Assembly: GCF_013365435.1 (NCBI RefSeq)
Contig: NZ_CP046577.1
Location: 510,001 to 542,000 of the forward strand
Direction of reading: 5' to 3'
Source of the DNA: Wolbachia endosymbiont of Litomosoides sigmodontis
GTDB taxonomy: Bacteria > Pseudomonadota > Alphaproteobacteria > Rickettsiales > Anaplasmataceae
DNA: 32,000 nt
The number at the start of each line of letters is the position of its first letter. The first letter of the stretch is position 1. A program made the position numbers and the translations under genes. This document shows, in pieces, positions 18,040 to 27,113 of this stretch. Below the pieces are notes generated by a model. That model had not been told where the DNA came from. It worked only from the letters and a program-made list of their open reading frames with translations, and ran no database searches.

Positions 18040-18489
18040 CTAATGACAATTGTTAGGGCCTCTCAGTTTCTCAAAAAAATCTTTTAACAAAAAAGAGCAC
18101 TCTGTCTCTAATATTCCACCATAAATTTCAGGTACGTAGCTGCAAAATTGAAATATTTTAGCACCATTTTCAATTCCTCCACCTTTTGAATTATAAGCTC
18201 CAAAATACAACCTCTTAATTTTTGCAAAGGAGACAGCTTGAGCACACATCGGACATGGTTCTAATGTTACGTACATGTCAGCATCACAAAGTACTGGTGT
18301 CGAAAGTAATTTACATGCTTGCCTGATCACTAATATCTCTGCATGTGCAGTTGGATCACTGGACATATTATGTGCAAAGGAAATAATGTCATCTCCATTA
18401 ACTATCACAGCTCCTATAGGAACTTCATACTTTTTTTTGGCAAGCTCAGCTTGCTCTATGGCAAGCTTCATATATTGGCATTTAAACAC
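18040..18489 (-). CDS. tadA: tRNA-specific adenosine deaminase
   Basis: 149 aa with the CDA zinc motifs 'HAEILVIRQA' and 'PCPMCAQA'. ATG 18471 ('MKLAIEQA...') is a possible alternative start. Confidence 0.88.
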   Translation of the reverse strand: MFKCQYMKLAIEQAELAKKKYEVPIGAVIVNGDDIISFAHNMSSDPTAHAEILVIRQACKLLSTPVLCDADMYVTLEPCPMCAQAVSFAKIKRLYFGAYNSKGGGIENGAKIFQFCSYVPEIYGGILETECSFLLKDFFEKLRGPNNCH

Positions 18490-18510
18490 TTTTCTTTGTT
18501 TATCCTCTTC

Positions 18511-20115
18511 TTAAATTCTATTAACCGCTGCCTTAACAAAGGATATAAAAAGAGGATGAGGAGAAAACGGCTTCGATTGGAATTCTGGATGAAATTGAAC
18601 ACCGATAAACCATGGGTGATTTTCTAACTCTACTGCTTCTATACATGTTTCATCTTCTGACATGCTACTACATATTAGTCCATTTTTTTCTAAATCATCT
18701 TTATAATCTAAATTAATTATGTATCTATGTCTGTGTCTTTCCGAAACAATAGCACTGCTATATGCACCTGCCATTTTGGAGTTTGGTCTTATATTACATT
18801 TGTATGCCCCAAGTCTCATAATTCCACCAAGATTAGCATTTTTATTACCAACTAGCTTAACGATTGGGTGTCTACAAGTATAAAACTCTTCAGAGTGTAC
18901 ATCTTCAAACTTAATAACATTGCGAGCAAATTCAATAACTGCAAGCTGCATACCAAGGCATATTCCAAAAAACGGGATATTATTTATGCGAGCGTAATTT
19001 ATCGCTAACATTTTACCTTCTATTCCATTATCACCAAAACCACCTGGAACAAGAACTGCATGAGAATTTTTTAATTTATCCTCTATAAGCTCTTTATTTA
19101 CAGAACTTTCGCTCTCCTCTCTTGAATTAACCCAATTTATCTTCACTCCCACTCCATTACTAATTGCACCATGACTTAATGCCTCAATTAGTGACTTATA
19201 TGTATCAGGAAATTCAGTATATTTTCCCACTATAGACACAGTAACTTCCTGTATTGGATGCATCATAGAATGCACTATTTGATTCCACTCAGTCAGATTT
19301 GGTTTTGGTTTAGTTAAATAAAAATGTTCCAAAATTTGTGTACCAAGTCCATATTGACTATATAATACAGGCAGTTCATATATATGGCTTACATCAGGAG
19401 CTGGTATTACATTAGATAAAGAAACATTACAAAGGTTGGCTATTTTCCCTCTCTGATTACAAGAAATTTCTTTTTCACTACGGCATAATATAATATCTGG
19501 TTGCAGCCCTGCAAAATTTAGCTCTCGGACTGAATGCTGTGTTGGCTTTGTCTTTAGTTCTTGTGCTGCAGCAAGATATGGTACTAAAGTTAAGTGAACA
19601 AGAATAACTCTTTGTTTTCCTAGCTTATAGTCAATTTGACGTATGGCTTCTAAAAAAGGTTGGCTTTCAATATCACCTACAGTCCCACCAATTTCACATA
19701 TTACAAAATCTAAGCCTTCTGTACCATTAAAAATAAATGACTTGATCAGATCCGTTACATGAGGAATGACTTGCACAGTTTTGCCAAGATAATCCCCACA
19801 CCTTTCTTTTTTCAATAATTCATAATATATCTTACCAGTTGTTATGTTGTCATCTTTAGTTGCTCTAATTCCAGTAAAACGCTCATAGTGCCCAAGATCC
19901 AAATCAGTTTCAGCACCGTCTTCAGTAACAAATACTTCTCCATGCTGGGTTGGGCTCATCATTCCAGGATCAATATTTAGATATGGATCAAGTTTTCTGA
20001 TGCGAACTTTAAAGTTGTGAGATTGAAGAAGTGCACCTATACTGGAAGCAACCAAACCTTTACCGAGTGATGAAACAACTCCACCTGTTACAAAAATAAA
20101 TTTAGCGTCTTTCAT
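18511..20115 (-). CDS. pyrG: CTP synthase
   Basis: 534 aa with '[16 protein letters not shown]', 'GGTVGDIES', and the glutaminase site 'FFGICLGMQ' with 'HRHRY'. Confidence 0.95.
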   Translation of the reverse strand: MKDAKFIFVTGGVVSSLGKGLVASSIGALLQSHNFKVRIRKLDPYLNIDPGMMSPTQHGEVFVTEDGAETDLDLGHYERFTGIRATKDDNITTGKIYYELLKKERCGDYLGKTVQVIPHVTDLIKSFIFNGTEGLDFVICEIGGTVGDIESQPFLEAIRQIDYKLGKQRVILVHLTLVPYLAAAQELKTKPTQHSVRELNFAGLQPDIILCRSEKEISCNQRGKIANLCNVSLSNVIPAPDVSHIYELPVLYSQYGLGTQILEHFYLTKPKPNLTEWNQIVHSMMHPIQEVTVSIVGKYTEFPDTYKSLIEALSHGAISNGVGVKINWVNSREESESSVNKELIEDKLKNSHAVLVPGGFGDNGIEGKMLAINYARINNIPFFGICLGMQLAVIEFARNVIKFEDVHSEEFYTCRHPIVKLVGNKNANLGGIMRLGAYKCNIRPNSKMAGAYSSAIVSERHRHRYIINLDYKDDLEKNGLICSSMSEDETCIEAVELENHPWFIGVQFHPEFQSKPFSPHPLFISFVKAAVNRI

Positions 20116-20471
20116 TAATTTTCAAAGGGAACAGAAGTAGATTCATTTTTTTGTTGTTTTTCCAATATAATTTTCTCTGCTATCGATTTTTTATGTACAT
20201 CTTTTGAACATAACCCTGACAATAGTAATGTGTTCATAATAAACAACCCAACAACTATGGCTGTTATTCCGCTAAGCGGATCTGCAGAAGCCTTTATCGG
20301 CATTATCGAATTAAGTCCTTGCTGCGAACTACTAAAGCCACTTAGTGAGCTACTTCCTGGTGGCCGCAAGAGTACCAAAATTACTAACATAACAACCAAT
20401 ACTATTTGGAACACGCTTAATATCGTTATTGACATAATAAGTAGAATTGAAAATAAAAATTCTAGGAGCAC
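20115..20471 (-). CDS. secG: Preprotein translocase subunit SecG (probable)
   Basis: Small two-TM protein with the inter-helix segment '[19 protein letters not shown]' in place of the SecG 'LLQxGKGxGxG' loop. Its stop overlaps the pyrG ATG by 1 nt (TAATG). The true start may be the internal Met at about 20435. Confidence 0.65.
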   Translation of the reverse strand: MLLEFLFSILLIMSITILSVFQIVLVVMLVILVLLRPPGSSSLSGFSSSQQGLNSIMPIKASADPLSGITAIVVGLFIMNTLLLSGLCSKDVHKKSIAEKIILEKQQKNESTSVPFEN

Positions 20472-20619
20472 AAAGTATATAAGTCAAGTTCTTATACAGA
20501 CCTATTATTCAATAAATTTATTAAATATTTTACTTTAAAATCTAATTTCTTATTAAAGTAGCTTAGAAAACACCTAAGAGAGAAAATTATTTTAGATATA
20601 TGCTGGAAAGTACCACTTG

Positions 20620-23283
20620 TTACTGTTTTCTGCTTTGCTTAGCACACTTAGATCTCTGCGCTGCTACTAGCTTTGCAATTGGTATTCTATAAGGTGAACA
20701 TGAGATATAATCCACCCCTAACTTAATGAAAAACTCTATTGATTCTGGATCTGCTCCGTGCTCTCCACATATGCCAAGTTTAAGTTCTTTTCTGGTTTTT
20801 TTGCCTTTTTCGATAGCTATTTTAATTAACTCCCCTACCCCTTCAATATCTAGTACTTCAAACGGATCGTTTTCAAATATATTGTTTCCTTTATAAGAAT
20901 TGAGAAAATTGACTGAATCATCCCTTGAGAGCCCCATAGTTGTTTGCGTTAAATCATTAGTGCCAAAACTAAAAAACTCTGCGTGTTTTGCTAAATTACC
21001 AGCAATCATTGCTGCACGCGGTAGCTCTATCATCGTTCCAATTGAATAGTTCACATCGAAATTTTCGGCCTCTTTCTTTAACAACTTACATATTAAAATA
21101 AACTCTTTCTCATTCATGATAAAAGGAATCATAATTTCTGGCTTAATTTCTACCTTTTTTTCCTTCTTTAACTCATCTACGCCACTGAATATTGCCCTAG
21201 CTTGCATACTATATATTTCAGGATAAGAAATAGCCAGCCTGCAGCCTCGGTGGCCAAGCATTGGGTTTTTTTCTGATAACTGTGCTATTTTATTTTTTAC
21301 TGATTCAACTGACTTATTTAGTGATTTAGCCATTTTTTCTATAGTCGATTGATTACTAGGTAGAAATTCATGTAGAGGCGGATCAAGTAAACGTATAGTA
21401 ACCTTCATACCTAGCATGATGGAAAATATCTCTTTGAAATCAGACTTTTGCATCTCCTCTAACTTGCTTAATGCACTTGCTCTTTCAGCTTTGTCATCAG
21501 CTATTATCAATCTTCGAATAAACTCAATCCTGTCATTAGCAAAAAACATATGCTCTGTACGGCATAAACCTATACCTTCAGCACCGAATTCTTTAGCAAT
21601 TTTTGCATCTTTTGGAGTATCAGCATTTGCTCTTACTTTAATTGTTTTAGTTTCATCTATCCAGTTAATTATCGTCTTAAATTCTTGCGATAACTCAGGT
21701 AAAATTGTAGGAAGGATGCCAAGCATAATCTCACCTGTTCCTCCATTGATGGTTATCGGATCACCTTTATCTACTATTGTATCTCCTACAGAAAAGAAAC
21801 TTCCGTTTTTATCGATATAAAGTCCACTTACACTACAAATGCATGGCTTACCCATCCCGCGAGTTATAACTGCAGCATGTGAAGTCATCCCTCCTCGTGC
21901 TGTTATCATACCACTTGCAGCATTTATTCCATTGATATCTTCTGGGCTCGTTTCTGATCTTACTAAAATTACTTTTTTGCCCTGTTCTGCAGTTTTTTCT
22001 GCATCATTTGCACTGAAAGCTACATATCCTGAAGCAACGCCTGGAGAAGCTGGCAGTCCCTTACCTATTACTTTTTGATCGCCTTTAGCTTCAAGAACTG
22101 GATGCAATAAATTATCAAAAATTTTTGGATCAATTTTTAGTATTCCCTCCTCTTTTGTAATCGTTCCTTCTTTCACCATATCAACTATTATGTGAATAGT
22201 AGCTTCAGCTGTACGCTTACCAGACCTAGTTTGTAAAATCCATAACTTGCCATTCTGTACAGTAAATTCAATATCTTGCATGTCTTTATGGTGCGTCTCA
22301 AGTTTTTTACATATCTCACATAATTCTTGATAAACGTTTGACATCAGCTTTTCCATAGTGTTTTCTTGTTCTCCATTAATCGGTATAGGAGTATAAGAGC
22401 CAGAAACCACATCTTCACCTTGAGCATTGACCAAAAATTCGCCAAAACATTTTTTTTCCCCAGTTGAAGGATTGCGTGTAAATATCACGCCAGTTGCTGA
22501 ATTATTATTCAGATTACCAAAAACCATTGCTTGTACATTAACTGCAGTTCCAAGATCTTCAGGGATATTATGAATTTTTCTATAGGAAACAGCTCTATCA
22601 TTTTGCCAAGAAGCAAATACCGCATTTACTGAGCTTAGCAACTGCTCTTCAACGTTCTGCGGAAAATATTTCTCTGCTTTTTTATGCACTATATTTTTGA
22701 AAGAGAGAACAATCTTCTTTAAAACATCAACATTAAGATCAGCTAAACTTTTTGCTCCATTTTTTTGTTGTTCTTTATCAATAACGCTTTGGAACAAATG
22801 GTGGTCGAGTTGTAATACAATATTGGAATACATCATAATAAAACGGCAGTAGCTATCGTAAGCAAAACGTTCTCCACTTCTTCTTGCAAGACCAATGACA
22901 GTTGTATCATTTAAGCCAACATTTAAAATTGTATCGAGCATACCAGGCATTGAACTAACACTACCAGAACGGATTGAAATCAACAAAGGATTATTTAAAT
23001 CTCCGAATTTACAACCTGTATCATTTTCAAGCATTGTCATATATTCTTTAATTGTGCTACATAAGTTAGCAGGTAGTCCATTACCTTGGTAATAATTTTT
23101 ATAAGCAGAAGTAGAGATTGTAAAGCCAGGTGGAACTGGAATGCCAATGTTGCACATTTCTGCTAAATTTGCTCCCTTTCCTCCAAGCAAATTTTTCATT
23201 TTTGCATTGCCTTCACACTTGTTCTGACTAAAGTAGTATATTAACTTTTCTTTTATCATTTCTTGCTTTTTCTTGATAAACAT
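20620..23283 (-). CDS. ppdK: Pyruvate, phosphate dikinase
   Basis: 887 aa with 'LLGGKGANLAEM', the phospho-histidine loop 'GGMTSHAAVITRGMGKPC', and the C-terminal PEP-utilising 'GLCRTEHMF' and 'SFGTNDLTQ'. The start may be Met9 (23259). Confidence 0.95.
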   Translation of the reverse strand: MFIKKKQEMIKEKLIYYFSQNKCEGNAKMKNLLGGKGANLAEMCNIGIPVPPGFTISTSAYKNYYQGNGLPANLCSTIKEYMTMLENDTGCKFGDLNNPLLISIRSGSVSSMPGMLDTILNVGLNDTTVIGLARRSGERFAYDSYCRFIMMYSNIVLQLDHHLFQSVIDKEQQKNGAKSLADLNVDVLKKIVLSFKNIVHKKAEKYFPQNVEEQLLSSVNAVFASWQNDRAVSYRKIHNIPEDLGTAVNVQAMVFGNLNNNSATGVIFTRNPSTGEKKCFGEFLVNAQGEDVVSGSYTPIPINGEQENTMEKLMSNVYQELCEICKKLETHHKDMQDIEFTVQNGKLWILQTRSGKRTAEATIHIIVDMVKEGTITKEEGILKIDPKIFDNLLHPVLEAKGDQKVIGKGLPASPGVASGYVAFSANDAEKTAEQGKKVILVRSETSPEDINGINAASGMITARGGMTSHAAVITRGMGKPCICSVSGLYIDKNGSFFSVGDTIVDKGDPITINGGTGEIMLGILPTILPELSQEFKTIINWIDETKTIKVRANADTPKDAKIAKEFGAEGIGLCRTEHMFFANDRIEFIRRLIIADDKAERASALSKLEEMQKSDFKEIFSIMLGMKVTIRLLDPPLHEFLPSNQSTIEKMAKSLNKSVESVKNKIAQLSEKNPMLGHRGCRLAISYPEIYSMQARAIFSGVDELKKEKKVEIKPEIMIPFIMNEKEFILICKLLKKEAENFDVNYSIGTMIELPRAAMIAGNLAKHAEFFSFGTNDLTQTTMGLSRDDSVNFLNSYKGNNIFENDPFEVLDIEGVGELIKIAIEKGKKTRKELKLGICGEHGADPESIEFFIKLGVDYISCSPYRIPIAKLVAAQRSKCAKQSRKQ

Positions 23284-23304
23284 ATTTTATAAAAACAGTA
23301 TCTA

Positions 23305-23733
23305 CTAAAAAGGTTTCATAACAACCATAATAACTATGATTATTATCAATACCGTGACCGCCTCATTTAAAACGCGAAAATAAATGTGAGTTTTCTTATT
23401 TGAACCCATTACAAACTTCTTCCTGTGCATTGCAAGTAGCTTATGAATACTAAACATAAAGAATAATGCCAGTGCTTTTATATGAAACCACCCTTCGCGA
23501 TATGTTTCCTTAATAATCATTAATATAACTCCAAAGCTGAGCGACAAAAGCATTGCAGGATTTATAATATACCTTAAAAGCCTCCTTTCCATTGTTTGAA
23601 GTAAGCTATCACTTTCCGATCTTGGCTTTACAGTTACGTGGTAAACGTATAGCCTAGGTAAATAAAGCATACCTGCCATCCATACAATGATGAAAATAAT
23701 ATGAAAAGCCTTGAACCAGCGGTAATAATCCAT
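23305..23733 (-). CDS. hemJ: HemJ-type protoporphyrinogen IX oxidase (CopD-like membrane protein)
   Basis: 142 aa with four TM segments and the diagnostic N-terminus 'WFKAFHIIFIIVWMAGMLYLPRLYVYH'. Confidence 0.8.
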   Translation of the reverse strand: MDYYRWFKAFHIIFIIVWMAGMLYLPRLYVYHVTVKPRSESDSLLQTMERRLLRYIINPAMLLSLSFGVILMIIKETYREGWFHIKALALFFMFSIHKLLAMHRKKFVMGSNKKTHIYFRVLNEAVTVLIIIIVIMVVMKPF

Positions 23734-23797
23734 GTAGATATTGTTACAAGATGTTAAAATTTCTGATATTATTTTAGTTTAATAAAAAAAAAACAAG

Positions 23798-24787
23798 ATG
23801 AAAGCAGAAAATTTCACTAAAGAGCGTATGATTGAATTTTACAGGAAAATGTTGCTTATACGCAGATTTGAGGAAAAGGCAGGGCAATTATATGGAATAG
23901 GACTAATAGGTGGATTTTGTCATCTATCAATAGGACAGGAGGCAGTTGCAGTTGGGACTTATGCTGCATCAAGACCTGGTGATGCTTTCGTCACAAGTTA
24001 TAGGGACCATGGTTTAATGCTTGCATGTAATTCCAATCCAGAGATTGTGATGGCAGAGCTGACTGGCAAAGAAACGGGGTGCTCAAAAGGTAAAGGTGGC
24101 TCAATGCATATATTTGATGTCGAAAAGCAATTCTTTGGTGGACATGGAATAGTTGGTGCACAAGTTCCAATTGGCACGGGAATAGCATTTGCTAATAGAT
24201 ATAAGAAAAAAGATAACGTAGTGTTCACGTATTTTGGTGACGGTGCAGCAAGTCAAGGGCAAGTATATGAGTCATTTAATATGGCTTCCTTGTGGAAGTT
24301 ACCTGTGGTTTATATCATAGAAAATAACAAGTATGCGATGGGAACCTCCGTACAAAGATCAACTTTAGTAACTGAGCTATATAAAAGAGGGGAAAGCTTT
24401 GGTATTCTTGGAAAGCAAGTTGATGGAATGAATTTCTTCCCTGTTTATGTGGCCACAAGTGAAGCAGCTGAGCACGCACGTAGCGGAAAAGGACCTATTT
24501 TACTTGAAATGAAGACATATCGATATCGCGGCCATTCGATGTCAGACCCTGCTACTTATCGTTCGAAAGAAGAAGTTGAAGACATGAAGCAAAATCATGA
24601 TCCTATAAGCACTTTAAAGAAGTGCATAATAGATAATAAAATCGCTTCAGAGGAAGAATGTAAAGCAATTGACAAGGAAGTACGAGATTTAGTGAAAAAG
24701 TCAGAAGATTTTTCTAAAAACAGTGAAGAGCCAAACATTAATGAGCTATATACTGACGTTTATAAGTCTACTAGACGTTATTTGTAA
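23798..24787 (+). CDS. pdhA: Pyruvate dehydrogenase E1 component, alpha subunit
   Basis: 329 aa with the TPP-binding region 'GDGAASQGQVYESFNMASLWKLPVVYIIENNKYAMGTS' and the phospho-loop-like 'YRYRGHSMSDP'. No pdhB follows it. Confidence 0.93.
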   Translation: MKAENFTKERMIEFYRKMLLIRRFEEKAGQLYGIGLIGGFCHLSIGQEAVAVGTYAASRPGDAFVTSYRDHGLMLACNSNPEIVMAELTGKETGCSKGKGGSMHIFDVEKQFFGGHGIVGAQVPIGTGIAFANRYKKKDNVVFTYFGDGAASQGQVYESFNMASLWKLPVVYIIENNKYAMGTSVQRSTLVTELYKRGESFGILGKQVDGMNFFPVYVATSEAAEHARSGKGPILLEMKTYRYRGHSMSDPATYRSKEEVEDMKQNHDPISTLKKCIIDNKIASEEECKAIDKEVRDLVKKSEDFSKNSEEPNINELYTDVYKSTRRYL

Positions 24788-24986
24788 ATTAAAGATAAAA
24801 ATAATTCCCTTACAAACCTTGCTAGCTCATAACACTGAAGCTTAATTATTTATCTTCCCTGTACAGATTGAACAATAAAAAAACTTAATGTATCTAACGC
24901 CTTATGTTTAATTTTTTGCACTGTGCGTACCTCACGTCTTTTATATGTCCACATTATCAACCAATACTATAAATCACATTTGCTGA

Positions 24987-25775
24987 TACCAATTCTCATT
25001 GTTAGCGAGTCAAATAAGTAAAATTGCAGAATTGTTTAATTATGTAATAAGGAGGTAATAAGTTGTACAAAGCACTCTTAAGCAAAGTAACTGTATTATA
25101 ACCTTTATTATGCAAAATCTTCTTGTTAAATTTTTTAATTTACACCAACTAGTGCCAATCCATGCCAAGAAAGGCTTCTCATATTCTTAAGTATTAGAAC
25201 ATTTATCAAGAAATATATTCATACAATCAGTGTTGATATTTAGTGCAAATAAGCTAGAACTCTCTCCATTTCCAGCATCTACTGCACTGTAACGCCATTT
25301 TAAAATCACTCGTGCTCAACTTTCAAATGTGTGACAAACTGCAATTCATCAAAGATGAATAACTCTTGTACGAAATATTTACTAATAGTCTCATTAAGTT
25401 TTTTAAAATCTTCCTGTCTATCTTTATCTTGTTCATTATGAATTGGTCTTGATGTAATATGTAAAACTTCATTTTTGAGGTATATTATAGACTTGCTGAC
25501 ATTCAAGCCAAATTTTCCTAGATTCTTATTTTCATTTCTCTAATGTTAATATTAGAATTTTCTTATATCCATACTTCAACTTATTTAAATTGGCTCTGAT
25601 TTAATCTAGTTCTTCTATAGCGTTGAAACTGTGCTTTTTGCTGATTATAGCAGCTAGTTTTTTTGTAACATATGCGTTGCTTCACACTTTTTTAGCATTT
25701 CTTTTGCTGATTTCGCGAGATTTTTTTTATTTAAAAATTTTGATTCTAATGCCATTTAAACAGTGAAAATTGGTA
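24987..25775 (-). mobile_element. Non-autonomous, decayed IS630/Tc1-mariner-type element with both terminal inverted repeats and flanking TA/TA (left arm of the inverted pair)
   Basis: The ends 'ccaattctcattgtt' (24989-) and the revcomp of 'aacagtgaaaattgg' (-25773) match at 13/15 positions, and each abuts a TA (24987-88, 25774-75). Minus-strand remnants read '...GKFGLNVSKSIIYL...' (HTH-like), 'QELFIFDELQF' (first acidic DDE region, 66-aa ORF 25306-25506) and 'NLLPPYY' (cf. family 'LPPYSPELNP'). Stops and frameshifts interrupt these. Confidence 0.7.
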
Positions 25776-25779
25776 TAAT
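25771..25779 (+). promoter_or_regulatory. Candidate extended -10 promoter (TGGTATAAT) at the IS terminus/TA junction, facing the rluC-like gene
   Basis: 'tggtataat': TGG is the last 3 nt of the IS terminal repeat, and TATAAT starts at the flanking TA. It lies 87 nt upstream of ATG 25866. There is no good -35. TATAAT-like strings are common in AT-rich DNA. Confidence 0.3.
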
Positions 25780-25865
25780 AAACGATTTTGCAGAGTATAT
25801 TTTGTGCTACACTTTAATCTATGCCATACAAATAACTGACACTGGTATTTATTCAGATAAAGTAG

Positions 25866-27104
25866 ATGGAAAATATAAAAACCATATCAGTAGAAGATAA
25901 CAATGTTAGGCTAGACAGATACATTAGAAGGATCTTTCCCAATTTAAAGCAATCTACAATTGAGAGGTCTTTAAGGAGAGGATTAATCAAAGTTAATGAC
26001 TGCAAAGCCCAGTCTAATGACAGAGTAAATTACGGACAAATTATAATGATAAAATACTTAGATTGTATTAAAAATACTAATTCTGATTTCAAATATAATG
26101 AAAAATTGATAGAGCTATTAAGAAGTAACATATTATACGAGGACGAATATATATTAGCCATTAACAAACCTGCAGGAGTAATTGTTCAAGGTGGAATAAA
26201 AGTAAAGATTAGTATTAGTGACTTGCTTGATCAAATTAGAGAGGGGAAAATATTTAAAATTGTCCATAGACTAGATAAAGACACAAGCGGAGTAATAATA
26301 TTCGCACGCAATGTTAATGTTGCCAGATATCTTATAGAGGAATTTAAAGGAAGGAGAGTAAAAAAAACTTACTTAGCATTAACCTCTGGCATACCAAGCA
26401 AGAATAGAGGAGTAATAGACTATCCATTGGTGAAGAAATATGTTTCAGGTCAAGAAAAAGTGGTCATTGACGAAAATTCATCCAAGAATGCTACTACACG
26501 TTTCTCGATTATAGCAAAATTCAAATTTAATAAACCTTTCATGCAACGTCCTATCATTCAAGTAGCTAATGCACAGTTATACGAACATTGTAATTCAAGT
26601 TTACCAAAAGTGCATCACTTAAGCGGCCTTTCTTCCTGTGATTTCAGTGCTCCCTTTTGTTATCCAAGTACCTTTTTTTGTCATCTCAGCGCCATGACAT
26701 TGAGACCTGGCAAAATTGATTGTAAACAAGCGCATTACACAACATTCTCAATCAAAAAGTCAGATTCTAGTGCTAAACGCTGGAATGAAACTAGATCTGT
26801 TGCTTATTTAAAATTACAACCAATCACTGGCAGAACACATCAGTTGCGTGCACATTTAGCTTATATAAACTGTCCTGTTCTTGGTGACGGCAAATATGGT
26901 GGCAAAAAAGCTTTTGTCGATGGCATAGCAAGTAAAATCCACCTTCACTCATATTCTTTATCTTTAAAACTACCAAATGGTAAAAAAATCACTATTACTG
27001 CACCTCCCCCTGAGCATATCATAAAGTCCATTGAGACGCTACACACTCTCTTTCAAGAGACAAATACTAGAGAAGCTTGCAAAGCAGTAATTAAAAAAAA
27101 ATAA
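25866..27104 (+). CDS. rluC: RluA-family 23S rRNA pseudouridine synthase (RluC/RluD-type) carrying a 92-codon in-frame insertion
   Basis: S4 domain ('RLDRYIRRIF...GLIKVN'), catalytic 'HRLDKDTSGVIIFA', 'KKTYLALTSG', 'TGRTHQLRAHL'. At 412 aa it exceeds my recollection of about 300-320 aa for this family. The extra segment lies between 'TRFSIIAKF' and 'VAYLKLQPITGRTHQ'. Confidence 0.85.
   Translation: MENIKTISVEDNNVRLDRYIRRIFPNLKQSTIERSLRRGLIKVNDCKAQSNDRVNYGQIIMIKYLDCIKNTNSDFKYNEKLIELLRSNILYEDEYILAINKPAGVIVQGGIKVKISISDLLDQIREGKIFKIVHRLDKDTSGVIIFARNVNVARYLIEEFKGRRVKKTYLALTSGIPSKNRGVIDYPLVKKYVSGQEKVVIDENSSKNATTRFSIIAKFKFNKPFMQRPIIQVANAQLYEHCNSSLPKVHHLSGLSSCDFSAPFCYPSTFFCHLSAMTLRPGKIDCKQAHYTTFSIKKSDSSAKRWNETRSVAYLKLQPITGRTHQLRAHLAYINCPVLGDGKYGGKKAFVDGIASKIHLHSYSLSLKLPNGKKITITAPPPEHIIKSIETLHTLFQETNTREACKAVIKKK
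26523..26798 (+). repeat. Palindromic-repeat-derived insertion inside the rluC-like CDS (frame preserved)
   Basis: The insertion contains 'gttatccaagt' (identical to murE 1013-1023), 'ttgtcatctcagcgccatgacattgagacctgg' (a degenerate copy of the tgtcatcccagtg...cactgggat-type palindrome), and terminal 'tatcattcaag' (26552-) / 'ctggaatgaaa' (-26790), whose arms are reverse complements at 8/9 positions. Confidence 0.7.
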
Positions 27105-27113
27105 AGAAATCAC

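Noticed and set aside
21416-22078. 134-aa and 79-aa plus-strand ORFs inside ppdK. There are similar antisense ORFs at 760-1032, 3367-3600, 5677-5943, 8083-8289, 8675-9240, 10600-10863, 14878-15221, 16919-17122, 17498-17683, 18275-18627, 20230-20538, 22895-23092 and 23991-24228.
   Set aside because: All lie antisense to, or out of frame within, strongly supported conserved genes. They have low-complexity Ser/Ile/Leu/Phe-rich translations typical of shadow ORFs and no recognisable motifs.
25306-25506. 66-aa ORF 'MNVSKSIIYLKNEVLHITSRPIHNEQDKDRQEDFKKLNETISKYFVQELFIFDELQF...' considered as a small functional gene.
   Set aside because: It is a fragment of the decayed IS630-type transposase. The equivalent frame in the right arm is broken by a 1-bp insertion near 27454, so it is not conserved as an ORF even between the two near-identical copies.
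26523-26798. Intein or other self-splicing element as the explanation for the rluC insertion.
   Set aside because: There is no Cys/Ser/Thr at the upstream junction, no His-Asn plus Cys/Ser/Thr at the downstream junction, and no endonuclease or splicing block motifs. The DNA is instead made of the local palindromic repeat vocabulary.
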